A program made the position numbers and the translations under genes. A stretch of DNA of 64,000 bases from contig OY762911.1 in assembly GCA_963666565.1 (NCBI GenBank), positions 3,776,001 to 3,840,000 of the forward strand, given 5' to 3'. Shown piece by piece: positions 55,194-64,000 of the stretch (the stretch's first letter is position 1; every line of letters starts with the position of its first letter). The notes below the pieces were generated by a model. It did not search any database. It worked only from the letters and a program-made list of their open reading frames with translations, and was not told where the DNA came from. The stretch is from Thermoanaerobaculia bacterium. GTDB taxonomy: Bacteria > Acidobacteriota > Thermoanaerobaculia > Multivoradales > Multivoraceae.

Positions 55194-57659
55194 CTACCTC
55201 GTCCTGAAGAGATCGCTGTTCGCAACCTCGTGAATCATCGTCCTGAAGGGGAACCCGTCGTCGCTCAGCTTCGCGACGACATCCTCCACGCCGTCCCGGT
55301 CCGCGAACTCGATCTCGGCGCCGGTCGAGTAGACGAGGAGCTGGGACACGAGATGACGCGCCACCTGCTCCACGTCCCTGCCGAGCAACGCCTTGTACTC
55401 CTCGATCCCGGCGAAGGCCTCGCCGTCCGCCGTCACGCCGGAGGCATCCACCGGCGGCCCCTGCCTGTACGGCATCGGATAGGCGAATCCGTCCGGAGTC
55501 GTGCCTTCGCCGCCCGCGGCACGGTAACGGGTGCGGAAGCCGCCGATCGGGTCGAAGGACTCGAGAGCGAAGCCGGGCGGGTCGATCACCCGGTGGCAAC
55601 TGTTGCACACGGGCTCGTTGCGGTGCTTCGCCAACTGCTCCCGGACCGTGGTGGCGCCGCGCGTGTCCGGCTCCAGGGCCTCGACGCTCTCGGGCGGCGG
55701 CGGCGCCGGCTGGCCGAGCAGGTTCGCCAGCACGAAGTTGCCGCGCGGAATCGGCGACGTGATCGTGCCGTTGGCGGTGATCTTGTGGATGCTCGCCTGG
55801 GTGATCAGACCGCCGCGGACGCTGTCCGGCGGCAGCGCCACCTTGCGCATGTACTGGCCTTCGACGCCCGGCACGCCGTAGTGCTCGGCGAGCCGGCGGT
55901 TGAGGAAGGTGAAGTCGGCGTCGATCAGGCTGCCCACGCCGTGGTTCCCGGCGATCAGTTCGGCCAGGAACATCTGCGTCTCCCGGGCCATCGACTGCCC
56001 CAGCCGGTCGTCGTACTCGGGATAGAGCCCGGAGTCGGGGGCCGTGGCCTTCATCTCGTAGAGGCGGAACGCCTGGCCCGCGAAGTCCTTGACGAACCGC
56101 TCGGTCCTGGGATGGTCGAGCAGCCGCTCGACCTGGGCCGCGAAGATCGCCGGATCCGCCAGACTCCCGTCGACGGCGCGCGCCAGCAGCTCGTCGTCCG
56201 GCAGACTCCGCCACAGGAAGTAGGAAAGCCGCGACGCGAGGGCGTGATCGTCCAGCCGGCCGGGGTCGCCGGTCTGGAACAGGAAGGGCGGAGCGCTCAG
56301 GATGGCGCGGAGCGGAATCCGCACCGCTTCGATGAACGGCCGGCCGTCCTCGAGCAGCGGCCGGGCGAGACTCGCGTAGGCCTCGAGCTCGTCCCCGGCG
56401 AGCGGGCGCCGGAAAGCCCGCGGCGCGAACGCGGCGACGACGTCGACCACGTGCTCGTACGGGGCCTTGCTGAGCGTGACCTCGCCGCCCTCGTCGAACT
56501 CGACGCCCGCCAGCAGCTTCCGTGTGCTCGACGGCGGCCAGTCATCGAACAGCGGCCCCTCGATCGTCAGGGAACGAAGCGCGATCCCCTCGCCCTTGTA
56601 GCTCTCGACGTTCGTTTCCGGAGCGAAGTAGTTGGTGTACTCGCCCGGGGGGCGGTCCGCTTCGGCAAGAGACGGCGCGAGGAGGTCGCCCGGCCGGAGG
56701 AACGTCTCGAACTGCACCGTCCGCGGCGTCTCGCCGACCAGATCGTAGTAGGCGATCAACTCGTCGAGCGAAGCGGCCGCCGCCTGCTTGGAGCCCAGAT
56801 AGACCGTCAGCGTCACCGGCGCGGTGGCCTGATACGCCCAGCCCTCGATCGTGGCGCGGTAACGGCCGGCGTAGGGCACGTCGTAGCCCTCCGTCTCGCT
56901 GTGCATGAGGTACGTCGACCCGCCGTCGAAGAACATGACCGCCGCGTCGTCCAGCATCTTGGTGATCCCGCCGCCCAGGATCTCCGCCTTGCTCATGTAG
57001 GTGAGGTATTGCGAATCGGCGTAGGCGATCTCGCGCCGCCCGGTGGCCGGCCGGGGACCGATCTTGATCGCCTCGTCGAGCGCCCGGTCCGCCACTTCGA
57101 GGTAGCTGCGGACATGCAGGGGCGACATGCTCTGGTTTGCCGCCACCGTGTCGAAGCCGCCGGAGTCGGCCTCCGCGGGCAGGCTCTGGCTGAGTTCCAT
57201 CGCGACGGCCTCGTCGATGGCGAGCAGATCCTGGATCGTGTAGGCGTACTCGAGCCGGGTCAGCCGGCGCAGCGGCACGCGCTGGCCCCCGCGAGTAGCC
57301 AGGTTGGCCTCGACCAAGGCGCCCTTGAGGGACGCCAATGCCGCCTCGATCAGCTCGGACTCGGGCTTCGGCGCCTCGGGCGGCGGCATTTCGCCGTTCG
57401 CGATCCGGTCGTGAATGCGCTGCCAGGTGCGGATCGTCTTCGCGTCCGTCAGGTCGTGGCTCAGCCGGGTGATGCTGAGCGGAGTCGCGGTTCGGTTCCC
57501 GTGGCAGCGGACGCAGGAACGGTCGACGAGCGGCGCAACGTCCGCGAAGAACCCCGAAGGACTCTCAAGGAGACCGGCGTCCGCCGTCTGCTGCGCGGAG
57601 ACGGCCGGCACGAGCAGGGCAAACGGCAACATCGCGAGAGCAACGCGGTTCTGCTTCAT
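55194..57659 (-). CDS. DUF1587/1595/1592/1588/1585 (PSD/PSCyt) domain protein with two c-type heme motifs
   Basis: Signal peptide; CVRCH, LRRLTRLEY, SRLSYFLW..PD, RGGLITQAS, CNSCH..IDPPGFALESFD. Confidence 0.9.
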   Translation of the reverse strand: MKQNRVALAMLPFALLVPAVSAQQTADAGLLESPSGFFADVAPLVDRSCVRCHGNRTATPLSITRLSHDLTDAKTIRTWQRIHDRIANGEMPPPEAPKPESELIEAALASLKGALVEANLATRGGQRVPLRRLTRLEYAYTIQDLLAIDEAVAMELSQSLPAEADSGGFDTVAANQSMSPLHVRSYLEVADRALDEAIKIGPRPATGRREIAYADSQYLTYMSKAEILGGGITKMLDDAAVMFFDGGSTYLMHSETEGYDVPYAGRYRATIEGWAYQATAPVTLTVYLGSKQAAAASLDELIAYYDLVGETPRTVQFETFLRPGDLLAPSLAEADRPPGEYTNYFAPETNVESYKGEGIALRSLTIEGPLFDDWPPSSTRKLLAGVEFDEGGEVTLSKAPYEHVVDVVAAFAPRAFRRPLAGDELEAYASLARPLLEDGRPFIEAVRIPLRAILSAPPFLFQTGDPGRLDDHALASRLSYFLWRSLPDDELLARAVDGSLADPAIFAAQVERLLDHPRTERFVKDFAGQAFRLYEMKATAPDSGLYPEYDDRLGQSMARETQMFLAELIAGNHGVGSLIDADFTFLNRRLAEHYGVPGVEGQYMRKVALPPDSVRGGLITQASIHKITANGTITSPIPRGNFVLANLLGQPAPPPPESVEALEPDTRGATTVREQLAKHRNEPVCNSCHRVIDPPGFALESFDPIGGFRTRYRAAGGEGTTPDGFAYPMPYRQGPPVDASGVTADGEAFAGIEEYKALLGRDVEQVARHLVSQLLVYSTGAEIEFADRDGVEDVVAKLSDDGFPFRTMIHEVANSDLFRTR

Positions 57660-57891
57660 CGATCTCCCCTTCGGACGCCGCGTACCGGTCTGGCTGGAAC
57701 TCGCCTCAAGAACCTGGAACACCATACCACCTTCGTCGATTGCCCCGGTTGCATCGCAGCCCCACCCCATCTCACTCGCGTCCGATCGTTGCGCCGGCCC
57801 TCGGGGCGTACGCCCGACGCCGGCGGCACGCCTCTGTTCGAAGCCGGCGCAACGCGCGTCGCCCGGTTCCGGCCCGCGTCCGTGGGCTGCC

Positions 57892-59301
57892 TCAGCCGCC
57901 CTCGAGCGGCAGAACCGCACCCACATGGTCGCGGATCCACCTGGCGTCGAACCACTCCAGCGGGTTCACCGGCAACCCGCCCAGGAGCACCGCGAAGTGG
58001 AGATGGTCGCCGCCGGCAAGCCCGGTCTGGCCGCTCAGGCCCAGACGCTGACCGCTCTCCACCGGCTCGCCGACCTCGACGTCCATCCGGGACAGGTGCG
58101 AGTACAGCGTCTGCAGGCCGTAACCGTGATCGAGGATGACCGTGTTGCCGTAGATGCCGAGGTACTCCGCCAGGACGACGACGCCGGCGTTGGCGGCCGG
58201 AACGTCGGCCTGGACCCGCGACGCGAGGTCGAAGCCGAGATGATCCTGCGTATCGACGACCCGGCCCTCGTAGAGGTACCGCCGCCGGGCCGCGAACTCG
58301 TCCATCACCTGCGTGTTCCGCATCTGGCGAAACGGGCCGCTCCAGAGCTGACGCGGCGCCGAGTCGGCCGCGATCCCGACCAGACGCTCGGCGTTCATCC
58401 GCCGCAGATCCCCGTTCACCATCAGGTAGTTCTCCAGCAGGTTGCCGCGGTCTGCGAGTTCCGGCGTCCGCGACATGATCGCCGGGACCACGCGTGCCAT
58501 GAAGGCGTCGCTGAGCCGGATGGTCGAGGACTTGAGCGGCGACGGCTCCACCGCGCCCAGGAACCGCACGCTCGCCTCGTTGCCGAGCTCGTCGCGCGCC
58601 ACCAGCCGGAAGGGCGCCGGATCGGCGCTGTCGTAGGGAACGCCGAACAGGACGAAGCGCTCCCGCGGGCCGCCGCCCGGGAGCGGATGGCCGGGGAACC
58701 GGTAGGGACCGACCTCGACGCCGCTCTCCGTCGCGCTCTCGCCGACGAGGTAGCGCAGCACGCCGCTGCCGGACTGGGTCGGCGTCGCCACCACGCGCAC
58801 CGCGCTCAGCTCCGGCGGGCGGAACCGGACCGGCAACGCGATCTCGGCGACCCTGGGCGCAGGCCGGCGCAGCAGGGTCCCGGGCCGCTCGACCGTGACC
58901 CGCACCGTCGCCTCGCCCTCGACCAGGTCCGGCGTGGCTTCCCTGCCCACCTCTACCTCGACCGTCGCCTCCGCCACCGGGTTGCCGCCCAGGGACCACG
59001 GACCGGGCGGGCGGTGGGTCCTCTCCTCGAGCAGCGTGGATTCCCCGTCCTGGATCAACTCCACCCGGATCGAACCGAGTCCCCGGCCGCCTGCCTCCGC
59101 CACGGACGTGACGACCGTCCTGGGGCCGATGCCGGGCAGATCGGAGCGGATCGTGACGACGGGTTCCGGTCCGACGCGAATCCACAGCACCGCGCCGGCG
59201 GCCGCGAGAGCCACGACGAGCGGCGCGGCGATCGCGGCCCAGGGCGGCTGGCCCCGCCGGCGCGGTCCCAGGCGAACGGCTTCCCTTCCGGTGAGCGCCA
59301 A
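57892..59301 (-). CDS. M23 family metallopeptidase, membrane-anchored
   Basis: HLGFD, YGNTVILDHG, YSHLS, HLHF, VNP. Confidence 0.9.
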   Translation of the reverse strand: MALTGREAVRLGPRRRGQPPWAAIAAPLVVALAAAGAVLWIRVGPEPVVTIRSDLPGIGPRTVVTSVAEAGGRGLGSIRVELIQDGESTLLEERTHRPPGPWSLGGNPVAEATVEVEVGREATPDLVEGEATVRVTVERPGTLLRRPAPRVAEIALPVRFRPPELSAVRVVATPTQSGSGVLRYLVGESATESGVEVGPYRFPGHPLPGGGPRERFVLFGVPYDSADPAPFRLVARDELGNEASVRFLGAVEPSPLKSSTIRLSDAFMARVVPAIMSRTPELADRGNLLENYLMVNGDLRRMNAERLVGIAADSAPRQLWSGPFRQMRNTQVMDEFAARRRYLYEGRVVDTQDHLGFDLASRVQADVPAANAGVVVLAEYLGIYGNTVILDHGYGLQTLYSHLSRMDVEVGEPVESGQRLGLSGQTGLAGGDHLHFAVLLGGLPVNPLEWFDARWIRDHVGAVLPLEGG

Positions 59302-59315
59302 GAACCCGCGGCCCG

Positions 59316-59717
59316 TCAGGCGACTTCGAGCAGCTCGACCCAGTTGCCGTCCGGATCCTCGATCATCGAGATCCTGATTCCGGGACGAATCTCCCGCGGC
59401 GAGATGACGACCTTGCGGCCCGCTTCCTCCGCCCGCGCCGTCGCCTCGTCGAGGTTCGACACCGAGATCGTCCAGTAGCGGTAGCCGGTCGCGCCGGCGA
59501 TGCCTCCGGGCGGCGCCCCGGCCTCCGGCGCCCGCGACAGCGACACGAGCTTGATCAGGCTCGTGCCGCAGAGCAGGCGGTGCATCGTGCCGCCCGGCAT
59601 CGGCGTCTCGCCCTGGTCTTCAAGCCCCAGCACGTCGCGGTAGAAGTGAAGCGACGCCTCCGCGTCCCGCACCACGATGCCGAGATCGATCGAGTCCTTC
59701 GTCAATTGCACGCCCAA
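59316..59717 (-). CDS. VOC/glyoxalase family protein
   Basis: GIVVRD..SLHFYRDVLGL..EDPDGNWVEL. Confidence 0.88.
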   Translation of the reverse strand: MGVQLTKDSIDLGIVVRDAEASLHFYRDVLGLEDQGETPMPGGTMHRLLCGTSLIKLVSLSRAPEAGAPPGGIAGATGYRYWTISVSNLDEATARAEEAGRKVVISPREIRPGIRISMIEDPDGNWVELLEVA

Positions 59718-59811
59718 AGCAGCCTCCTCCCCAACGGTCGTCGTGGCCGCGGATGTTACCCGTCGGCGACCGGGGCCGCGGATGAAGCCGTCCTCCGGCT
59801 CACTCGCTTCC

Positions 59812-59852
59812 TGGCCGGCTACGCCGGAAGCGCGTCGAACGACCCCCGCACC
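59812..59852 (-). repeat. Degenerate REP-like family A copy
   Basis: Reverse complement reads gggtgcgggggtcgttcgacgcgcttccggcgtagccggcc. Confidence 0.5.
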
Positions 59853-59861
59853 CAGCGGCTG

Positions 59862-60503
59862 TCAGGGATCGATGCGCCGGGCCTCTCCTTCCTTCTGTCG
59901 GGCCAGGATCACCCGAACGAGCAGAAGAACGCCGACCGCCATGACGGCGACCGGCCAGAAGTCGAGGACGTCCTCCATCCAGACGAACTCCGGCAGGCTC
60001 GCGATGACGAGGACTCCGCCCGGGATCAGCGGCCACCAGCGGTTCCGCCGCTCGTAGAGCATGGAGGCGACGTAGATCAGGATGAACCCCGCCCCGAGGC
60101 CCAGAGCGACGTTCTCGCCGTCGCCGAAGGAACGGGAATCGAGTTCCTCGAACGCCAGACCGCCTCCGATTCCCAGCAGCAGCGCGCCGGGAATGAGCAG
60201 TCCGAACGCCCGCCGGTACAGGTAGCCGGCGACGAAGACCCCGCCGATCAGAATGAAGAGCAGGTGTCCATGGGCGCCCGCGTCGAGGCGCTCGAGCGCC
60301 AGCAGCACGCCGCCCAGGACGATCAGGGCCAGGCCGGCGGCGATCTGACCGGCAAGAGTCGGGCCGGCGTCGGCCGCCGGCTGCTCCGGCGCTTCCGGCG
60401 GTTCGGGCGGCGCCGGCGGCTCGGCCGGCCCGGCGGATGCGGACGATTCGGGTGCGGCGCCCGCGGACGAAGAGGTCTCGTCGTTCATCTCGTCATGTTC
60501 CAT
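59862..60503 (-). CDS. Hypothetical membrane protein (LiaF-TM-like, ~6 TM)
   Basis: Pro/Glu-rich N-terminus; GLALIVLG, GLLIPG, WWPLIPG, FWPV. Confidence 0.75.
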   Translation of the reverse strand: MEHDEMNDETSSSAGAAPESSASAGPAEPPAPPEPPEAPEQPAADAGPTLAGQIAAGLALIVLGGVLLALERLDAGAHGHLLFILIGGVFVAGYLYRRAFGLLIPGALLLGIGGGLAFEELDSRSFGDGENVALGLGAGFILIYVASMLYERRNRWWPLIPGGVLVIASLPEFVWMEDVLDFWPVAVMAVGVLLLVRVILARQKEGEARRIDP

Positions 60504-60601
60504 TGCGTCGTTCCTCCCTCCTGCACTCTACGCACGACGAGGCGGCGAGGTTCCAGTCCTTCCACCGTTCGACAACTTCCCGGCGGCATTCCGCTGGTAC
60601 G

Positions 60602-60638
60602 CTAGCCCCGAAACGCCTCGCAAGCTCGGCGTTTCGGC
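60602..60638. repeat. REP-like palindrome family B
   Basis: ctagccccgaaacgcc-tcgcaagctc-ggcgtttcggc. Confidence 0.6.
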
Positions 60639-60712
60639 CCAGTCCGTCCTCGCCATGACCTTCCGCCACAGAACTCGCTCCGCTGCCTTCCGCGGCGAAA
60701 GCTCCTGAGCCC

Positions 60713-61432
60713 ATGCCTGTCTTCGAACGGGGCGACACGCGGATCCGGTGGTGGGAGGCCGGCGAGGGCTTCCCCGTGCTGCTGTTCGCGCCGGGCGGCA
60801 TGCGCTCCGCCGCCGACATCTGGGGAACGAGCCCGTTCGACCCGCGCGAGGCGCTCTCCGGCTCCTTCCGGGTCATCTCGATGGACCAGCGCAACGCCGG
60901 CGGTTCCAGCGCGCCGGTAACCGCCGGCGACGGCTGGCATTCCTACACGGGAGACCACCTGGCGCTGCTGGATCACCTGGGCATCGAGCGCTGCCACCTG
61001 ATGGGCGGCTGCATCGGCTCCTCCTATTGCCTCGGCGTCCTCCAGGCCGACGCATCCCGGGTCGCCGCCGCCGTGCTCCAGAACCCGATCGGGAACCATG
61101 AGAACCAGGACCTGTTCTACGGCATGTTCGACGCCTGGGCCGACGCCCTTCTGGAGCGGCGGGACGACGTGGATCCCGCGGCGCTGCCGCCCTTCCGCGA
61201 GCGGATGTACGGCGGCGACTTCACCTTCAACGCCGACCGCGACTTCGTGGCCGGAATCGAGACGCCGCTCCTGATTCTGGCCGGCGACGACGCCTACCAT
61301 CCCCGGCCGATCGCCGAGGAGATCGCCGCCCTGGCACCGAACAACGAGACGATCCTCGAGTGGAAGAGCGAGGAAGCCGCGGCTGCCGCCGCGACCGAGG
61401 TGGCGGCCTTCCTGGAACGGCACACACCGTAG
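60713..61432 (+). CDS. Alpha/beta hydrolase with Cys at the nucleophile elbow
   Basis: MDQRNAGGS, GGCIG elbow, DAYH. Confidence 0.85.
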   Translation: MPVFERGDTRIRWWEAGEGFPVLLFAPGGMRSAADIWGTSPFDPREALSGSFRVISMDQRNAGGSSAPVTAGDGWHSYTGDHLALLDHLGIERCHLMGGCIGSSYCLGVLQADASRVAAAVLQNPIGNHENQDLFYGMFDAWADALLERRDDVDPAALPPFRERMYGGDFTFNADRDFVAGIETPLLILAGDDAYHPRPIAEEIAALAPNNETILEWKSEEAAAAAATEVAAFLERHTP

Positions 61433-61449
61433 CCTCTCCGGGGAATCCG

Positions 61450-63261
61450 ATGATCGAAGCGACTCTGCTCGGCGCCGTCCTGGCCCTGGGAACCCCGCCA
61501 GGCGCGGCGGCGACCCCCGAGGCCGCCCAGGCCGAGACCCGGCAGGAAGCCCCGTTCGGCCGCGGCGTCGGCGAACTGAGCGACGTCGTCGAAGTGACCG
61601 TGGTCAACGTGGACGTCGTCGCCACCGACCGCAACGGGCGTCCCGCGGACGACCTGTCGCGCCAGAACTTCCGTGTCTTCGACGACGGCCGGCCGGTCGA
61701 ACTCAGCTACTTCAGCCGGGGCGGCGGCGCCGGCGACCCGGCCCCGGGTCTCCTGCGGGAGCCACTGTCGATCGCCTTCTTCTTCGACAACACGCATCTC
61801 TCCGTCGCCAGCCGCTCCGCCGTGATGGACCAGATCAAGGACTTCGCCCGCGGCCAGCTCGAAGCCGGCGGCCGGGACGTCCCGGTCTATGGGATGGTGG
61901 TCGCCTTCGACGGCGAGCTGCGCCTGCTCCAGGACCTCACCGCGGACTACATCGCCCTCGCCCAGGGCCTGAACCGGGCCGAAGCCTCGCACCAGGTCTT
62001 CACCGAAGCCCAGGGGCTCAAGCGCAGGTCCCAGGAGAGCTTTCTCCAGTTGATGGACCAGCTGAACGCCCGGCGGTACGAGTCGGCGGGCAGCATCGGC
62101 GCCCTGCGCGCGACCCTCGCGGAACTGCTCGCCTATGCGCGCGTCATCCACCAGGACAGCGCCCGCACCGCCGATGCCATCGAGGAGATCGTCGATTCGC
62201 TGGCCCTGGTTCCGGGACGCAAGGCCTTCTTCCTGATCAGCGACGGCTTCGCGGCCCGGCCGTTCGACCGCCTGCTCCAGAACGTCCAGAAGCGGGTGGC
62301 CGGCCGCCGGGAAGAAACCGGCATCGAACTGATGGAGAACCGGGAGGTCGACGGTCCGGAGGGATTCGACGCGCCGAACAACCTCTACACGAGGAACTCG
62401 AACATCCAGGGCACGGCCGCGCTCACGGCCACGTCCTTCCAGCAGGATCTGGCGACCTTCGATCTGAGCGCCCGCTACGAGGGTCTGGCGGCGCGCGCGA
62501 ACTCCCACCGGGTCTCGTTCTACGCCTTCAAGCCGCCCGAGGTCGAAGTCGCCGCGGCGGCGCTGTCCGAGCGGGTGTCCGACCAGCAGAAGCTCACCTA
62601 CCTGTCCGACCTCCGCGGCGTGCTGAACGGGCTGGCCCACGACACCGGCGGCCGCTCCTGGGTCTCCGGCCGCAACGTGCAGACGTTCTTCGACCAGGTG
62701 GCCGAAGACCTCGGTTCCTACTACTCGCTCGGCTACCTGCTCGACGAGTTCGTCGAGGGCTCGATCCACGAGGTTCGCATCAAGCCGCGGCCGCGCCACC
62801 TGAGGCTTCGCCACCGGACGAGCTACGTAGCGCGCTCCCTGCGCGAGCGGCTGGCCGAGCGAACGGTCGGCGCGCTCCTGCTCGGCTGGACCGAGAACAC
62901 CCACGGGCTCCACATCGACAGCATCGAATGGGACACCGGCGCGGGCGGCTTCTACGACGTCGACTTCACCGTCTCGGTGCCCCTGGACGAACTCGTCATG
63001 ATCGAGCAGGCGGGAGAACGCACGAACCAGGTTCGCGTGGTCGCCGTCGTGCTCACCGAGGAGGGGGAGCAATTGGCGCCGAGCCACCTCGTTCTGCCTC
63101 TGGCCATCCCCGACCGGGACTGGTCGGAGGCCCGGGACCAGTTCTTCGCCGTCAGCTTCGAGTACCCGATTCCGCGCGGCAGCCACCGGGTCGCCATCGG
63201 CCTCTGGGACGAGAACGGCGGCGCCGGTTCCTACATCCGGAGGGAGTTCAGTGTGCGCTGA
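61450..63261 (+). CDS. Secreted VWFA-related Acidobacterial domain protein (degenerate MIDAS)
   Basis: VEVTVVNVDVVATDRNG, PGRKAFFLISDG, LAHDTGG, YYSLGY, LRHRTSY. Confidence 0.82.
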   Translation: MIEATLLGAVLALGTPPGAAATPEAAQAETRQEAPFGRGVGELSDVVEVTVVNVDVVATDRNGRPADDLSRQNFRVFDDGRPVELSYFSRGGGAGDPAPGLLREPLSIAFFFDNTHLSVASRSAVMDQIKDFARGQLEAGGRDVPVYGMVVAFDGELRLLQDLTADYIALAQGLNRAEASHQVFTEAQGLKRRSQESFLQLMDQLNARRYESAGSIGALRATLAELLAYARVIHQDSARTADAIEEIVDSLALVPGRKAFFLISDGFAARPFDRLLQNVQKRVAGRREETGIELMENREVDGPEGFDAPNNLYTRNSNIQGTAALTATSFQQDLATFDLSARYEGLAARANSHRVSFYAFKPPEVEVAAAALSERVSDQQKLTYLSDLRGVLNGLAHDTGGRSWVSGRNVQTFFDQVAEDLGSYYSLGYLLDEFVEGSIHEVRIKPRPRHLRLRHRTSYVARSLRERLAERTVGALLLGWTENTHGLHIDSIEWDTGAGGFYDVDFTVSVPLDELVMIEQAGERTNQVRVVAVVLTEEGEQLAPSHLVLPLAIPDRDWSEARDQFFAVSFEYPIPRGSHRVAIGLWDENGGAGSYIRREFSVR

Positions 63262-63832
63262 CCTCGAACCCGCAACCGGGGCCGTCCACCTCACCGAAGC
63301 CGAGCTGGAGGCGGGCTTCCCGCACGTCCTGGCCTCCCCCGCCGACGGCGGCACGCTGGAGATGATCGTCCGGCGTCCCGGCGTCGACCGGCGCGAGCCG
63401 GTCGACGAGGGGCGGCTGACCGCCGAGGAGGGCCTCGAGGGAGACACATGGAAGGTCCGGCGCGGCTACTCGCTGCCCGACGGCTCGCCCGACCCCGACG
63501 CGCAGCTCACCCTGACCAACGCGCGCTTCGCCGCCCTGATCGCCGGCGACCGCGAGCGGTGGCCGCTCGCCGGCGACCAGCTCTACGTCGACCTCGACCT
63601 GAGCGAGAGCAACCTGCCGCCCGGGACCCGGCTCCGCATCGGCGGCGCGACGCTGGAGGTCACGGCCCTCCCCCACACCGGCTGCGCCAAGTACCGGAAG
63701 CGTTTCGGCGTGGAGGCGCTCAAGTTCACCGCCACGCCCGAGGGCAGGTCGCGCCATCTGCGCGGCATCTACGCCCGCGTCGTCGAGCCCGGAACGGTGC
63801 GGGTCGGCGACACGATCCGAAAGGCGGGCTAG
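63251..63832 (+). CDS. MOSC domain protein
   Basis: GLEGD, AGDQLYVDLDL, LEVT..PHTGCAK, RGIYARVVEPGTV. Confidence 0.87.
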   Translation: MCADLEPATGAVHLTEAELEAGFPHVLASPADGGTLEMIVRRPGVDRREPVDEGRLTAEEGLEGDTWKVRRGYSLPDGSPDPDAQLTLTNARFAALIAGDRERWPLAGDQLYVDLDLSESNLPPGTRLRIGGATLEVTALPHTGCAKYRKRFGVEALKFTATPEGRSRHLRGIYARVVEPGTVRVGDTIRKAG

Positions 63833-63837
63833 CGCCC

Positions 63838-64000
63838 ATGGGGGTCACCAGGGGAGTGCGGCAGCTCGTCGCCGAGGCCGACGCCGCGGTCGAGACGGTC
63901 ACGGTCGCCGAAGCCCGCGAGCGCCAGGCCGGCGGCGCGCTCATCGTCGATCTGCGCGACATCCGCGAGCGGGCCCGCGAAGGCTTCATCCCCGGCGCCT
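63838..64000 (+). CDS. Rhodanese-like domain protein, N-terminal part only; runs off the window edge
   Basis: Manual translation: MGVTRGVRQLVAEADAAVETV..LIVDLRDIRERAREGFIPGA. Confidence 0.8.
   Translation, partial: MGVTRGVRQLVAEADAAVETVTVAEARERQAGGALIVDLRDIRERAREGFIPGA

Overview
High-GC bacterial chromosomal window, densely coding; most long ORFs in the six-frame track are antisense or alternate-frame shadows. The gene content (many VWFA-related Acidobacterial-domain proteins, a GWxTD-VWA fusion, a DUF1592/DUF1552 pair, PQQ dehydrogenases, lpxD) suggests a diderm organism, most likely Acidobacteriota; this is inference. Main contents: (i) a tandem array of five paralogous secreted [lipocalin-like]-Ig-Ig-VWA genes at 0.4-11.6 kb, two of them broken by single-base frameshifts, plus two more VWA genes at 39.5 and 61.4 kb; (ii) housekeeping and metabolic genes (FadB-like enzyme, hflX, rne, gloB, lpxD, tag, ABC exporter, ribokinase, DegT aminotransferase); (iii) a probable lanthanide-type PQQ alcohol dehydrogenase operon with an MxaJ/XoxJ-like protein and a lipoprotein cytochrome c; (iv) two type II toxin-antitoxin pairs (RES-Xre, VapBC) and an AAA/DUF4143 ATPase preceded by 23-bp tandem repeats; (v) two families of REP-like palindromes. 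The most notable unexplained element lies between rne and a Mo-hydroxylase gene: an apparently stand-alone ~350-nt structured transcript (promoter to terminator, ~26494-26880) with a 14-codon ORF whose very strong Shine-Dalgarno can be sequestered by two separate anti-SD segments. I found no rRNA, tRNA, CRISPR array, integrase or transposase.
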